From positions 2,199-66,198 of the forward strand of contig CAILTG010000055.1 in assembly GCA_903837125.1 (NCBI GenBank): DNA of 64,000 bases, in the 5' to 3' direction. This DNA is from Candidatus Magasanikiibacteriota bacterium (lineage in GTDB: Bacteria; Patescibacteriota; Patescibacteriia; Magasanikbacterales; UBA922). Under the pieces are notes generated by a model. The model ran no database searches. It saw nothing but the letters and a program-made list of their open reading frames with translations, and was not told where the DNA came from. Made by a program: the position numbers and the translations under genes. Positions 46,911 through 58,500 of this stretch are shown here, piece by piece (the first letter of the stretch is position 1; the number at the start of each line of letters is the position of its first letter).

Positions 46911-49900
46911 TTACGGCCTTGTCCTACCACTTCTTCTAGGGGTACCACCACTCGGTGCCACCACTGGTACTGCTCCCGTACCAGCTGTTCCAGTAGTTGG
47001 TGCTGGAGTAGGAGTTGTCGGTTTTGGTGGTTTCTCTGTCGCGCTTTCTTGGGCTTGCGACAGCTTATTAGTTATTTCAGCAATATTTAAATCCAACACG
47101 CCTTTAGTTTTCTCTCTATGCTTTTCTATAAATTCAATAAGATCATAAACATCCTTAATCTCTTGCTCATCTCCATTTTCATCAGTATACGCATTATTGG
47201 CCATACCTCTTATGGCTGCGTTAAAACCACCTTTTAATGAAGACCGGGAACCTAGTACAGCCATAAAGGCTGGGCCGACTGCTGAAAGTGCAACTGCCAT
47301 ATTGTCGGCGGCATGTGCCAAAGTCAATTTCATTGCTTCTTTTTCTCTATCAACTGCACTCAATTTCTTATCTTTTAATGAATCAAAATATTTTTTATAA
47401 AGCTTTGATTTTTTACCGCCAATCACTGCTCTACCGCTAGCATTTATTTCCGCCTTTTCACCAGGCGTCAAAAAGCCAGCCAAAAGATCACCTTCACGGC
47501 CATGATGCCCTTCCATAATACGTTCAGTATTGGCGCCACTATATGACTCACGTAAGGTGTCAATATTTTTCATTTCCATTCTAAACGTGCCATCATCTTC
47601 ATCATATTGGCCATTACTATGACACATAATTCTTCTCATTCTTTCGTTCACAGGGATCTTGCGCCAATCTGCTGTAATAAACGCCAAGGCATTTTTGGCA
47701 GTCTGGCCTCTAAACATTCCTTCATCCATATCATAATAAGTATGCCCGCCATCATCTAAATGCCCATCTGCCAAAGCCAAATTTTTGGCATCAGCCAGCA
47801 TTTGATTGGCTTCAGTATGGCTTTTCATTTTTGTTTTAAATTTATCCATGGCCCCTGATGAGGATTTTGCACCAACCAAAAAAGTTCTAGCAAAAGAAGA
47901 TAATTCATTTTGAGCACGATCAGTTGTAAAACCTAATTTAGTAGCCAAACCTGCCAAAGGACCGATTAATTTACCAGTTAATGCATCTATAGAACTCTGC
48001 AATACTCCTCCGGTTAATTCCTGCCCTGCACCTACACCTAAAGCATCACGAACTTGATCGCCTAAATTAACGCCAGAAGCAGTATAGCCCATGCCAGTAC
48101 TATCCATATGACTTAACACTGCACTTTCACTTGTTAACAATTCAAGATCTCCAGCATTGCCTATTAACCTATGCAATTGATTGGTTCTTTCATTATCAGA
48201 CTTGTTATCATAAATCAATTTGCTCCCTTCCATATGACCCCAACCCAAGGTGTCCACAAATACTTTTTCCAACATTTGACCTCTTTCGGCTTCTTCACCG
48301 CGCAAACCACCAGCTTTGGAGGCTTTCACTTGATTACCAATTCTTCCCAATAAATCATCAGACCAGCCTTGTTTGGTTAAATAAGTAATACTCGCCATAA
48401 GCATGGCTTCTTGATCACGGCCTAAAGTTTCGCCTTTTTCTTTGGCGGTTAATAACTTGGTCATATCGCCAAACGCCATGCCCACAGCTTGTTCTCTTTC
48501 TATACCATTATAATCTTCCATTTTTTTCTTAATTAAAGATTTAAAAGCCGTGGCCGGTACATGGTGACCATATCTTTCAAAACTGTATTGATCATCGGCT
48601 TCGTCGGTTAATTCTTGCTTGGCAATGCCAGAATGTTCAGCATAATATTTTGATTCAATAGCGCTTCTAGCCTGAAGAGCACCAGCAGATTTACCCAAAG
48701 TTTTTCGAATATCTTCTAATCGGCGCAATTCTGCTTTTGACTGTGCCTGATTTACATTATTTTTTGTGGCAACAGCACCAGCCAATTTGCCTTTTTCCTC
48801 ATTAATTTGTTTAGCATTTTCTTCCTTAGCTTTTAAATCGGTTAAACCAGCACTAAAAATATGCTGTAAATCGGCTTGTTTTATTTTATCAATAAATTTA
48901 TCGGCAGCCTCGGTAAAAATTTTATAAACTTCTTCTTGTTCAAAAAACCCTCTCGGCCCAGCTAAGCCTAAGGCTTTTTCTTTCATTTGGGTTTCAGCAG
49001 ATTTAACACCAGCTTCTTCACTGGCTAATTCCAATTGTGACCTAATTTGTTGCGCCATGCCAGACTGTATTCCAGGCGATTTCTTGCCAGCAAATTTTGG
49101 AACCAATTCAGCTCTTAACGCAGAAATCTTTTGTGCAATTTGAGCTTCAGCCATTCCAGGGTTTTGTCTAATTAAAGCAGTGCGCAATCCTTGTTCGCCA
49201 TTTTCCACATAAACTTTTTTTAGATCTGCATCTTCTCTTCTTGCCTTAGCTGCAGCATACTCCGGCGATTTTTCGTCTGCTTCTAACTTTTTTCTGGCAG
49301 TCAATTTATCATCAACTTTTTTTAAATCTATTTTTTTTGCTGGAATAATAGGATCATTTTCTATGGCTAATGTAGCTCTTCCGCGTAAGTCGTCATTTGT
49401 TGTAGCATTTAATTCGTCTTCTTCTTTCATTTTAGCTTCGGCAATGGCTATTGCTTTTTCAGCATCAATCAAAACCCGTGGTTTTTCCACTTTTCCTGTT
49501 CCTTCTTCAACTGCTTTTAAAGCTGTAGTTGCTGCTGCCATTTCAGTTTCAATCCCTGCCCTTTTAGCCCCAGGTCTTTTCATCTCTTCTTCCAAAGCAT
49601 GTACTGCCCTACTTTTTGCTAAAATATCTTCTTTCCAGGCCTTATAACCGGAATTAGGATCAATCATAACGCCTTTTTTTACGGTTTCTGCCGCGGCGAT
49701 TTCATCTTGAATCGTTTTTCTTACACCAACATGTCTTTCTTTTTCTGTTTGTAAATCTGGTTCTACTACATCGTAATGCACTTTACTTAAAGCATCAATT
49801 TCAGTCGCCAAAGCACCTCTATTTCCTTCTAAGTTTTTAACTTCAGTTGATTTAGCATCTTCATCAATTTGTCCTTCAATTTCTTCTTTTTGTGCCAATT

Positions 49901-52532
49901 CATCTCTGCCTTCTTGTCTGTTTAGTCTTTTTCTTTTGTTAATTACAGTATCTTTTTCAATTTGTGCGGTTTTGGTAGTGGTTTCTGCAGCTGTTACTCT
50001 GGCCACCAAATCTTCACTAATTTTATAGTATTTAGTAGTGGCTGTATCCTTAGCCCCTTTTGCTTCCTGTTCACTCGCCTTCTTCTCCTCTTCTGCCTGA
50101 ATCACCCGAACATAAGGATTCACATTTGCCAACTGTGCTAATTCATAATGAGCTGCTTCTTTGGCCTGTGGAGTAGTGGCCTGATCAATTTTTAATCTTA
50201 CTTTTTCCAAAGCTTTTTTGGCCTCATCAAAATTAACTGTTAATTCAGCATTTTTTAGAGCTTCAACAATGGCTTTGGCGCCTGCTTCTTCTTGTTGGGC
50301 TGTGGCAATCCGCGCTACATATCCAGCACCAGAAGTTGTTTGACCCATAAAGGCCTTGGCTTTCTGGCTTTCGGCCTCATGTTCGGCTTTGGCAGCATCA
50401 AAATCCCACTTAATTTTCTGGCCTCTAATATTGGCGGCCAAACCTTCACGGTCGGCGCGAGATAAATTCATTGGCTTCCCATTTTTGTCTAACCTTACCG
50501 GAAGATCAACTTTATTTCTGGTAACATCCTGAGCTAATTGTTCAACCACATCACCTTCACGTTTAGCAAGCTTCTTACCCTCTGAAGTATTTACAGCGAA
50601 GTCGCTGTTACCAAGCCTGGCCCTGCCGGCATTCTCCTGTTTTAATAAATCATCCAAGGCTTCCTTCTTTTGGGATTCAGTCATTCCTGTATTATCTTCA
50701 ATAGCTTTTACTGCCAGTCTATTTTCCGCACTGCTATTCCGTAAAGCATTCACATCTGCCAATTCGCCATATTTTGCCCGATTGCCGCCTTGACCTAAAA
50801 AGCCTTTATAAGCCTCGGCTTTATCCGCGTTCAAATCCGTAAAACGCACTTCTAACAATGACAAAGCTTCTCTGTCAGCCTTGCCCTTCTCTGTCTCTTC
50901 TCTTCTTTGTTGTGAAATTTTACTTCTAGCCTCAACTTGATCATGAGCAGATTCAGCAGCATATTTATGTTCGCCAGAAGCTGCTGCGCCTCTGCCAAGC
51001 GCCACGCGGGCAATGCCACCTTTATCATAAGCCCACTGGCCAATTTGATCCCTATAGGTTAAATTTTCTCCACGACGCATGGTTTTTTTAGTATCTTCTG
51101 TTCGCAATTTATTTTCCTTTTCTGTATCTTCCAATATTTTCTCTCTCCTCAACCTGCCATAACTTCCGAGCAAAGGGAATTTACGCAAAACCGGAGTAGT
51201 GGCGCGCATGGTATTTATGCGCTTGCCCATAATTTTTGCCGTATCCGTAATAGGTGAAAAAAATCGTTTGGCTCCTCCCGCCAAGGCAGCCTTACCAAGA
51301 GAAGTAGCTTCACTCTTGACTTTTCCTCCCAAAAACCTAGCTGTAGCAAAACCAGTAGCAAAAGCCAAAACTCCTGTACCAATTTTTACTCCCTGAGAAA
51401 CCATACTACCACCTATCACACCCATTTCCTGAACTTTTTGCAGACCGACCAATAAAAAGGCCACGGCTATAAAAAAACTAGCCATGTTTTCCCAACTACT
51501 TACTTCCGCCAAAGTGGCAGCCTGTTTAAGTGGCCCTGTACCGCCTGTAGAATCACTAAAATTAGCATTTAAACCATATTTTGTTTCTGAAGCGGCATCC
51601 ATTTGAAAAGCCGTTGGCATACCTTTCTTCATATCAGTAGCCGCATCGCCCGCGCCCATGGTGGCAAAAGTAAGCCAGAGGAAAAAAACCATTACTGGTG
51701 CCACCAGCACATGTTTACCAAATTGTTTCCACCACTCCTGCGCATATTGCTGAGTTTGAGGAAGCACTTGAGCAATAAACGCTATAGGCGATAAAATTAT
51801 TAAAACCCACAGTACCACTACTCTAATCAACATCACCACCATATAAGTACCCATGGTTACCAAAGTTACCACAGCAAAAAAACAAGAAGCCGCCACTGCC
51901 ATAAATATTTGAGCCGTTATACTTCCTTCTGCACCTGTTAAGGTGCCACCAGCAGTGGCCATCTTCAACATGGCATCCATGTGAAATAGTGAAATAAGAT
52001 TACCACCAGCAGTGGCAGCTACAGCATTTAAAAAAGTAATAGTGAAAACATGTGCAATATCTATAACCAAACCACAAATTAAATTACTAAAATTAATAAA
52101 CACGGCTGCGAAGACAAACTTAACCAAAGTTTTTTTCCATTCATATTGTTCAATACCTAAAATTGTGCCAATGGCAATAGCCAACAAGACCACCACAAAA
52201 AACATATTAGCCACGTCACGCACCATGGCCCAACCAAGCAACACTACTGGCGAATCTATAAAGCCGTTATAACCAGCTGCTTGAATAAAAAATCTTAAAG
52301 CAAAAATCGCCAGCTGAATGCAGAGCTGAGCAATCCAAAGCATTAAAGCAATAGTGGCATCCACCAAATATTCAGCACCAGTACTTACTAATTCCACTGC
52401 TTTAACATTTGGCGCCAAAACCAACCAACCTAAAACCAACACTGCCGTCAACACCAAAGACCACTGCCAACCCTTTTTGGTTTGAGGGAGAAGAGTTTTG
52501 AATAATCTTTTAATTTTTACTTTAACACTCAT
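46911..52532 (-). CDS. VirB6/TrbL-like polytopic membrane protein with a ~1450-aa hydrophilic C-terminal extension
   Basis: GWAMVRDVANMFFVVVLLAIAIGTIL, AVFINFS..ICGLVID, IRVVVLWVLIILSPIAF...LPQT...EWWKQF; then a charged coiled-coil region and a Pro/Thr/Arg tail. Confidence 0.75.
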   Translation of the reverse strand: MSVKVKIKRLFKTLLPQTKKGWQWSLVLTAVLVLGWLVLAPNVKAVELVSTGAEYLVDATIALMLWIAQLCIQLAIFALRFFIQAAGYNGFIDSPVVLLGWAMVRDVANMFFVVVLLAIAIGTILGIEQYEWKKTLVKFVFAAVFINFSNLICGLVIDIAHVFTITFLNAVAATAGGNLISLFHMDAMLKMATAGGTLTGAEGSITAQIFMAVAASCFFAVVTLVTMGTYMVVMLIRVVVLWVLIILSPIAFIAQVLPQTQQYAQEWWKQFGKHVLVAPVMVFFLWLTFATMGAGDAATDMKKGMPTAFQMDAASETKYGLNANFSDSTGGTGPLKQAATLAEVSSWENMASFFIAVAFLLVGLQKVQEMGVIGGSMVSQGVKIGTGVLAFATGFATARFLGGKVKSEATSLGKAALAGGAKRFFSPITDTAKIMGKRINTMRATTPVLRKFPLLGSYGRLRREKILEDTEKENKLRTEDTKKTMRRGENLTYRDQIGQWAYDKGGIARVALGRGAAASGEHKYAAESAHDQVEARSKISQQRREETEKGKADREALSLLEVRFTDLNADKAEAYKGFLGQGGNRAKYGELADVNALRNSSAENRLAVKAIEDNTGMTESQKKEALDDLLKQENAGRARLGNSDFAVNTSEGKKLAKREGDVVEQLAQDVTRNKVDLPVRLDKNGKPMNLSRADREGLAANIRGQKIKWDFDAAKAEHEAESQKAKAFMGQTTSGAGYVARIATAQQEEAGAKAIVEALKNAELTVNFDEAKKALEKVRLKIDQATTPQAKEAAHYELAQLANVNPYVRVIQAEEEKKASEQEAKGAKDTATTKYYKISEDLVARVTAAETTTKTAQIEKDTVINKRKRLNRQEGRDELAQKEEIEGQIDEDAKSTEVKNLEGNRGALATEIDALSKVHYDVVEPDLQTEKERHVGVRKTIQDEIAAAETVKKGVMIDPNSGYKAWKEDILAKSRAVHALEEEMKRPGAKRAGIETEMAAATTALKAVEEGTGKVEKPRVLIDAEKAIAIAEAKMKEEDELNATTNDDLRGRATLAIENDPIIPAKKIDLKKVDDKLTARKKLEADEKSPEYAAAKARREDADLKKVYVENGEQGLRTALIRQNPGMAEAQIAQKISALRAELVPKFAGKKSPGIQSGMAQQIRSQLELASEEAGVKSAETQMKEKALGLAGPRGFFEQEEVYKIFTEAADKFIDKIKQADLQHIFSAGLTDLKAKEENAKQINEEKGKLAGAVATKNNVNQAQSKAELRRLEDIRKTLGKSAGALQARSAIESKYYAEHSGIAKQELTDEADDQYSFERYGHHVPATAFKSLIKKKMEDYNGIEREQAVGMAFGDMTKLLTAKEKGETLGRDQEAMLMASITYLTKQGWSDDLLGRIGNQVKASKAGGLRGEEAERGQMLEKVFVDTLGWGHMEGSKLIYDNKSDNERTNQLHRLIGNAGDLELLTSESAVLSHMDSTGMGYTASGVNLGDQVRDALGVGAGQELTGGVLQSSIDALTGKLIGPLAGLATKLGFTTDRAQNELSSFARTFLVGAKSSSGAMDKFKTKMKSHTEANQMLADAKNLALADGHLDDGGHTYYDMDEGMFRGQTAKNALAFITADWRKIPVNERMRRIMCHSNGQYDEDDGTFRMEMKNIDTLRESYSGANTERIMEGHHGREGDLLAGFLTPGEKAEINASGRAVIGGKKSKLYKKYFDSLKDKKLSAVDREKEAMKLTLAHAADNMAVALSAVGPAFMAVLGSRSSLKGGFNAAIRGMANNAYTDENGDEQEIKDVYDLIEFIEKHREKTKGVLDLNIAEITNKLSQAQESATEKPPKPTTPTPAPTTGTAGTGAVPVVAPSGGTPRRSGRTRP

Positions 52533-52580
52533 GCTATTTATTATCTGCTATTTGTTAATTATTATTTGCATTATACCACA

Positions 52581-55500
52581 CTATTTCTTCTTCTCATTTG
52601 GTATCACAATAATCTTTGATTGAAAATAAGTCCAGGCGTTAATTTTTGTTGGATCACAATTTTTACTACTATCATCGCCATAACAGCCTTTAGGATCATT
52701 ACAATTACACCAACCCCAGTTGTCCATTAGTTGAACTTTGGGTTGAAAAACACACACCATAATCGCTGAAGGACTTTTTTCCCGTATGATCTTTTTCTGA
52801 TCCTCATCTAAACTATTAACAGGGGTGGTAGCAGTTTGATTATCACAAGCATAACCATGTTCAATTTTGAAATAATTTGCTCGGCAAGTGCGCATAATAT
52901 CACCAAAACTCTGGAGAGTATCATTAGGTAAACGACCACAAGTCGCAGCTGCGTCTATCCCCAAGCAATCTGAATTATCATTACAAGTTATTTGTTTGTC
53001 TTTATTACCAACCAAGCAGTGTTTTACCGTAAAATTACCACCATCATCATTTGATTCACAAATTGGCTTATTATTAAAGTAATAACCACTAATTCCTTGA
53101 CCATAAATTGGCAGATCATCACCCCAATCTATCATTAGTCTACGTAAAGGCATGCGGTTTTCATCAGCAAAACCATAAAATTCCACCATGGCGTTATAAG
53201 TGCCTATTCCTACTAAATTATCCGCATCAGTTAAGCCATTTTTATTTAAATCCTCTTCAAAAACATTGGTATCACCAGCATAATGAGCCCCAGGTAAACC
53301 ATTATTTTTATTTACTGTAAAAGTATTCGGCATCCAAGGAGTACATTTAACGGCCACCCCAGAAGTATTACTACTAGGTAAACAATTAACTAAATTAAGT
53401 GAATAAATTTGCGGCGGTAAAAGCTTGGCGAAAACACCAGAATTACTAGCAGCAACATCCACATCGCCACCACTGACAAGCTTTAATGTATTATCATTAC
53501 GTTTAACCACATAATATTCTTTAGCAAATAACTGGTGAAGTATTTCTCGGCCGTTAACACCGTTTAGAGTACCAAGGCCGGTGATTACATTATAGTAAGG
53601 ACTGGCAGTATTATCAGCCGCACTGGTAACTGTTTGGCCGTTAGCATCTAATATTGGAACCATTAAACCGGAACAACCTAAATAATAACTTGCTGCCACG
53701 TTAATTAAGCTGTCAGTTGCCCATAAAATTTGACTGCAAACAAATGGATAACCTGCTGCTGCCGGATCCATAAAATTATAATCAATAATTGAATCCTGGT
53801 TATGTACTAAATCAGAACCCTTCAAACTTAAATTACCAAACGGACGGCTGACACTGGTGTTATTTAACAATGTAGTAGTGGCAGCACCAGCTAATTTTAA
53901 AGTCAAAACATCTGCAGCATTTTTCCACACTCTATTAGTCCAGGCTTTGTTGGAAACAGGAATGCCAGAATAACTAATTGGTTGGTTTTCATTATAAACT
54001 TGCACATATTCTGTACAACGAGGATACAAATCGGCGATTACGCCGAGGTAAGGGTAAAGAACATGATTAAGCGCGTGGAGATTATTATTTGTAAGACTAT
54101 TAACAGGATTAGAAAACGTTCCACCTTCGCTTCTGGAAAATAGAGCTTTACCTCTATTCATTTTAGCTAAAGCAATAAAATTATTATTAAGCTTGGCACT
54201 CCAACCACTGTTGAAGTAGGAAGGATTGCTACAACCAAAACCCGCATAACAATTAAAAGCAATATTATCATATACCTGGTCTTTGTAACCACTCTCAAAA
54301 GTTGAAAGATCTAAATTATTATCTGAATCAAATTTGAATAAAGTGGCGCGATAAAAACCGTTAAGACTCCCCTCATACGCAGATGCAGTCTGTACACCAC
54401 AGTCTTTGCCAGGGTCAAGTCCGCTAGGTAGATTATTATATTTATTGGCAGTATCCACCGCTAATCCTGAATCTGTAGATTCTATATTTGGACATTCCAA
54501 TTCATTACTAATAATACTACCAAATCTATCTGAATTTATTGAACTTGGATTACCTTCATATTGGTCGTTATCATCAACCACTACACCAATCACCAAATGA
54601 TTATCATTCTTATTTTTTGCATAAAATGCCACAGCAGTAACGTTCCTTGGAGTTTCTGGAGTGGTGTGTATATTTAAATGAGCTGAACTAAAATCTAAAA
54701 GAAAAGTATAAGTAACATAACTCCAATTTGGAGAACGACGGTCAATACTATTTGGTTCAGGAGGGTTTAAATAAAGTGAACGCAAACGATCCACATCAAT
54801 TTTTACATTATCTATTAGAGCAAAACTTCTATCACTACCAGTAAAGCGTGTACCCTTATAAGAATAGGGAGCCAAATATAATGCCTTAAGATCTTTTTCA
54901 TTAACTTTTTTTGTAGCAACATACGGCTTTGAAGCTACCCCAGTAAAATCATTAAAATAAGAATCACCAAAGCCCATTAAATTAGTAGGGGCACAACTAC
55001 CACTACTACTACAGGTTACAGTCTCTTTCTCACTCCACTTCACTGGATCATGCGCCAACAGCACTTGAGCCGTGGGGCTAATTTTTAGCCAGGAGTAGGT
55101 TTGGAGGTAGGTGTAGAAAGTATTACTTTTGTCGCTAGAGTTGACTTTCTTTGAAAAAGAATCAGCACTTAGATTATTATTACACCAACCCAAAACAGAT
55201 TTTGTATAATCCTCTTGGGGATCACCATATTGAAAAGTACTCGTGTCATTACAAATTTGCTCTGTAAATGGGTTAATCATCCAAAAAAAGTTATCTTTAT
55301 CAAACATCGAAATAAAATGACCTTTAGTATTTTTATCAGTACAATCAAGTGCAGAATTGACATTTGAATCCTGAAAAATTGAAGGAACAAAACACTTATT
55401 CAAATAATCATAAGCCAAATTAGCATAAGCTTCCACTTCTGGAGATGGGTCATTTAAAAAATTTGCTTTAGGATCAAAAGAGTTTTTTTTGCTAAATTCC

Positions 55501-58500
55501 TCTGACCATTCCTTATTAGGATCATATTTTGAAGGATCAAAAGCACGTAAACTTCGCTGTGTTCTAAAAGCTAAATATTGAACAAAAGCATTATCAGCTG
55601 GTTCAAAAAAATGGTTCGGCTGTCCAAAACATTCTGTCTTTATATTTTCCACCCATTCATAACACACACCAGGAGTACCAGTATATGCTAAACAAGTTAT
55701 GTACTGTTGTCTTACAGGAATAGGTTCAACCTTGCACCATTCAAACCGCCCCGCTACTGATGAATTATTATCATATTTAGAAGGATTTTCTCTTGGTGGA
55801 AAATAACTCTCTATCAAACCATTCCCTTTTCCATCCTTTTCCATTTTCTGATTAATATCAGAAAAATTTTCATATATTGGTGTAAGTAATCCATATAGGT
55901 TTACCATTCCAAAATTTTTCCAATAACTCTTTTCATAACTGAGCGGCGCCGTAGAATTGGTGCAGTATACTTCTCCAATACTAGGATTGGCATCTATACC
56001 AGTAGTATAGCCAAGATTGGGATTGCCATTTATATTGTCGGCAGTACCGCCAGCTAAATCTAGTGGAAGCCAGGTGAGACAAGGAAAAATTATTTTGCCA
56101 GTGCTGTCTGTGCCCAACGGATGGCTTAGATCATTTTCTAAACAATAACCAGTTGTTCCTTTATATTTATCTATGGAAGACTCTTGCGCGCAAACACCAT
56201 TGGTATTATCACCACTATTACAGTCAGTATCTACTAAACAAGCAAAACCATCTTTATTTCCACCAGTACAAATACCCTGAGGCCTTACATCAAAAGGATT
56301 TTTTAAAGTTGAATTATCAGGCCAGTAATCAGGCAATACTCCTTTGTAATTAATTTTTTCATATTGGCAAGAACAGTCTACATTGGCTTGACAAACATTT
56401 ACTCCTTTATAATCATTTTTTATATTAGTAAATTCTGCGCGCCAACCCCCCTTATCTGGTGTATTCTTAAACCATTTTTTTCCATTTTCTACGCCATTTT
56501 TAGCATCATTAACTTTGGAATCTACCACCAAAGATTCAGGAAAAGGTGAAGTGGCTTCAGGATGAGATTTACAAATACTCTTGGACCAAGCAGAACTAAC
56601 CACCGCTTTTTCAACACCAGTATTTATATCAACTATACCAACATCAGCAAATGGACCATCTAATGGATAAATACAACTTCCGTTATAACAACGGCCGCCG
56701 TTATCTATGCCACAAATACCTTTAATAGAATTACCTGAACTATCTATACAATTGGCATTATTGGAATCTGAATGAACTAAATAAAGTTTATTACTTGAAG
56801 GAAAACTAACTGCCCGATCAGTTGCCAAATTATAGCGATTCAACAGCGAATAACCAGAATAATCTGGTTCAGCCCAGCCCACCGCGCGCCCTACATAAAA
56901 GGCTTCATCCAACAAATTATTATTTGTGGTGGGGAGAAAATTATTGCAATAACCGTCTGGGGTAGTTTGATTGCACAAACCAAAATCTGAACAATATTTA
57001 ATGGTTTTACCAGTTTCGGTTTGCAAATCAAAAGAAGTACGGCAAGACAGCCATTCAGAACATTCACGATCACGCCTTACTTTTAACAATAAATTAGTGT
57101 CAAGCTGGCCAGTGGTTACCGGAGGAACTGGTAAAAACCGCTCTGGCTTGGTAGCGGCCGAGTTGGCATAAGTAGCCCCACTATTATAAATTTTATTGGG
57201 ATCCTCAGTGCGGTTAAACAAAACGCAGCCCCTAGTTTCGCCCACTTTATTATTACAACCATTTATTTGATCTGACGCTTGGTCTACTAAATCTTGGCTA
57301 TAAATTACATAGTAAGGCTTACCAGTGGGATCTTGTGCAGAAGTAGCCACCGTGTCCAAGAGCTCGGTACAAGCATTATTGGCTTCGTCACATTCCCCTA
57401 CATTGCCTTTATAACTACTAGTATTACCATTAGACCAAATACCGTTTTCAATATTATTTTGCAAATAATTATCATAACAAGGAACCGGATTTGTTTTCTG
57501 ACAAGAATTCCCTTGGCCACAGTCATCATCAACGCGACATAATTGGGCAGAACCAGAACTGCAATAGCCTATATCTTTCTTAAACCAACCATAAGCTTGT
57601 GTTGGATTAATTGGATCATGTTGTTTGTAATAGCAAAGACTGTTGCCGGTTTGTAAAGGATCTTTGAAATAAAAAGTATTGGCTCCATAAGTATAACCGC
57701 TGCAACCAAGCAAACCACTGCGGCATAAAGTTCCTTTAATTCCAGTAGTATCATTGGTTAAATAATTAGCCGGATTATTTTTATAATACACGTCAGAAAA
57801 TTGATAAGAAGTGGTATCAGAATTCGGCAAAATATGATTTTCCTGACCAAATTTTTGACAACCCAATTCAGCTTGCGTGCAAGTGAGTGGTGTACTGCTG
57901 GCTAAATTATAAGTGGTTAAGAAAATTGGTGTATGATCAGAAGTATCTGCGGGAATAACTATGGTGGAAGTAACTACATATAATTCACCAGTATCGGTTG
58001 AAGTGGTTGGCTCGGTGTGACCACCAGAATGAAATGAATTAAAATGTATAATACCCTTGGTGTGATCAAAAGCAGGATTGATAGTATAATAATCTGGAAC
58101 ACTCACTGGAGCTTGTGTGTAACCAGTAGGACTTACTAAACCCTGGACAAAACAACGATCTTCTCCAGGTAAAACTGTACAACCATAGGTTCCATTATCA
58201 CCCACAGTAAATGAACACTTGGGAGTTGTAGAAGTAAGCCTGCATTCAGCATTATAAAGCTGTATTTGTTGATCTAGTGGATTACCAGAAATACGGTTAT
58301 GCGAATCATAAACCGCGGTACAACCCACTGCCTCAGGCCGACACATTTTAGCAAAACCAGTTAAATTTGCTTCAACATTCTGTTTATTAATAGCAGAATT
58401 TACCACATCAATATAAGCTTTACAACCCAAAGCCTTGCCTGGATAAGGAGTTTTAGCATTACCTAAATCTTCATCAGTGGTGCCAAAACAAGCGCCCGGA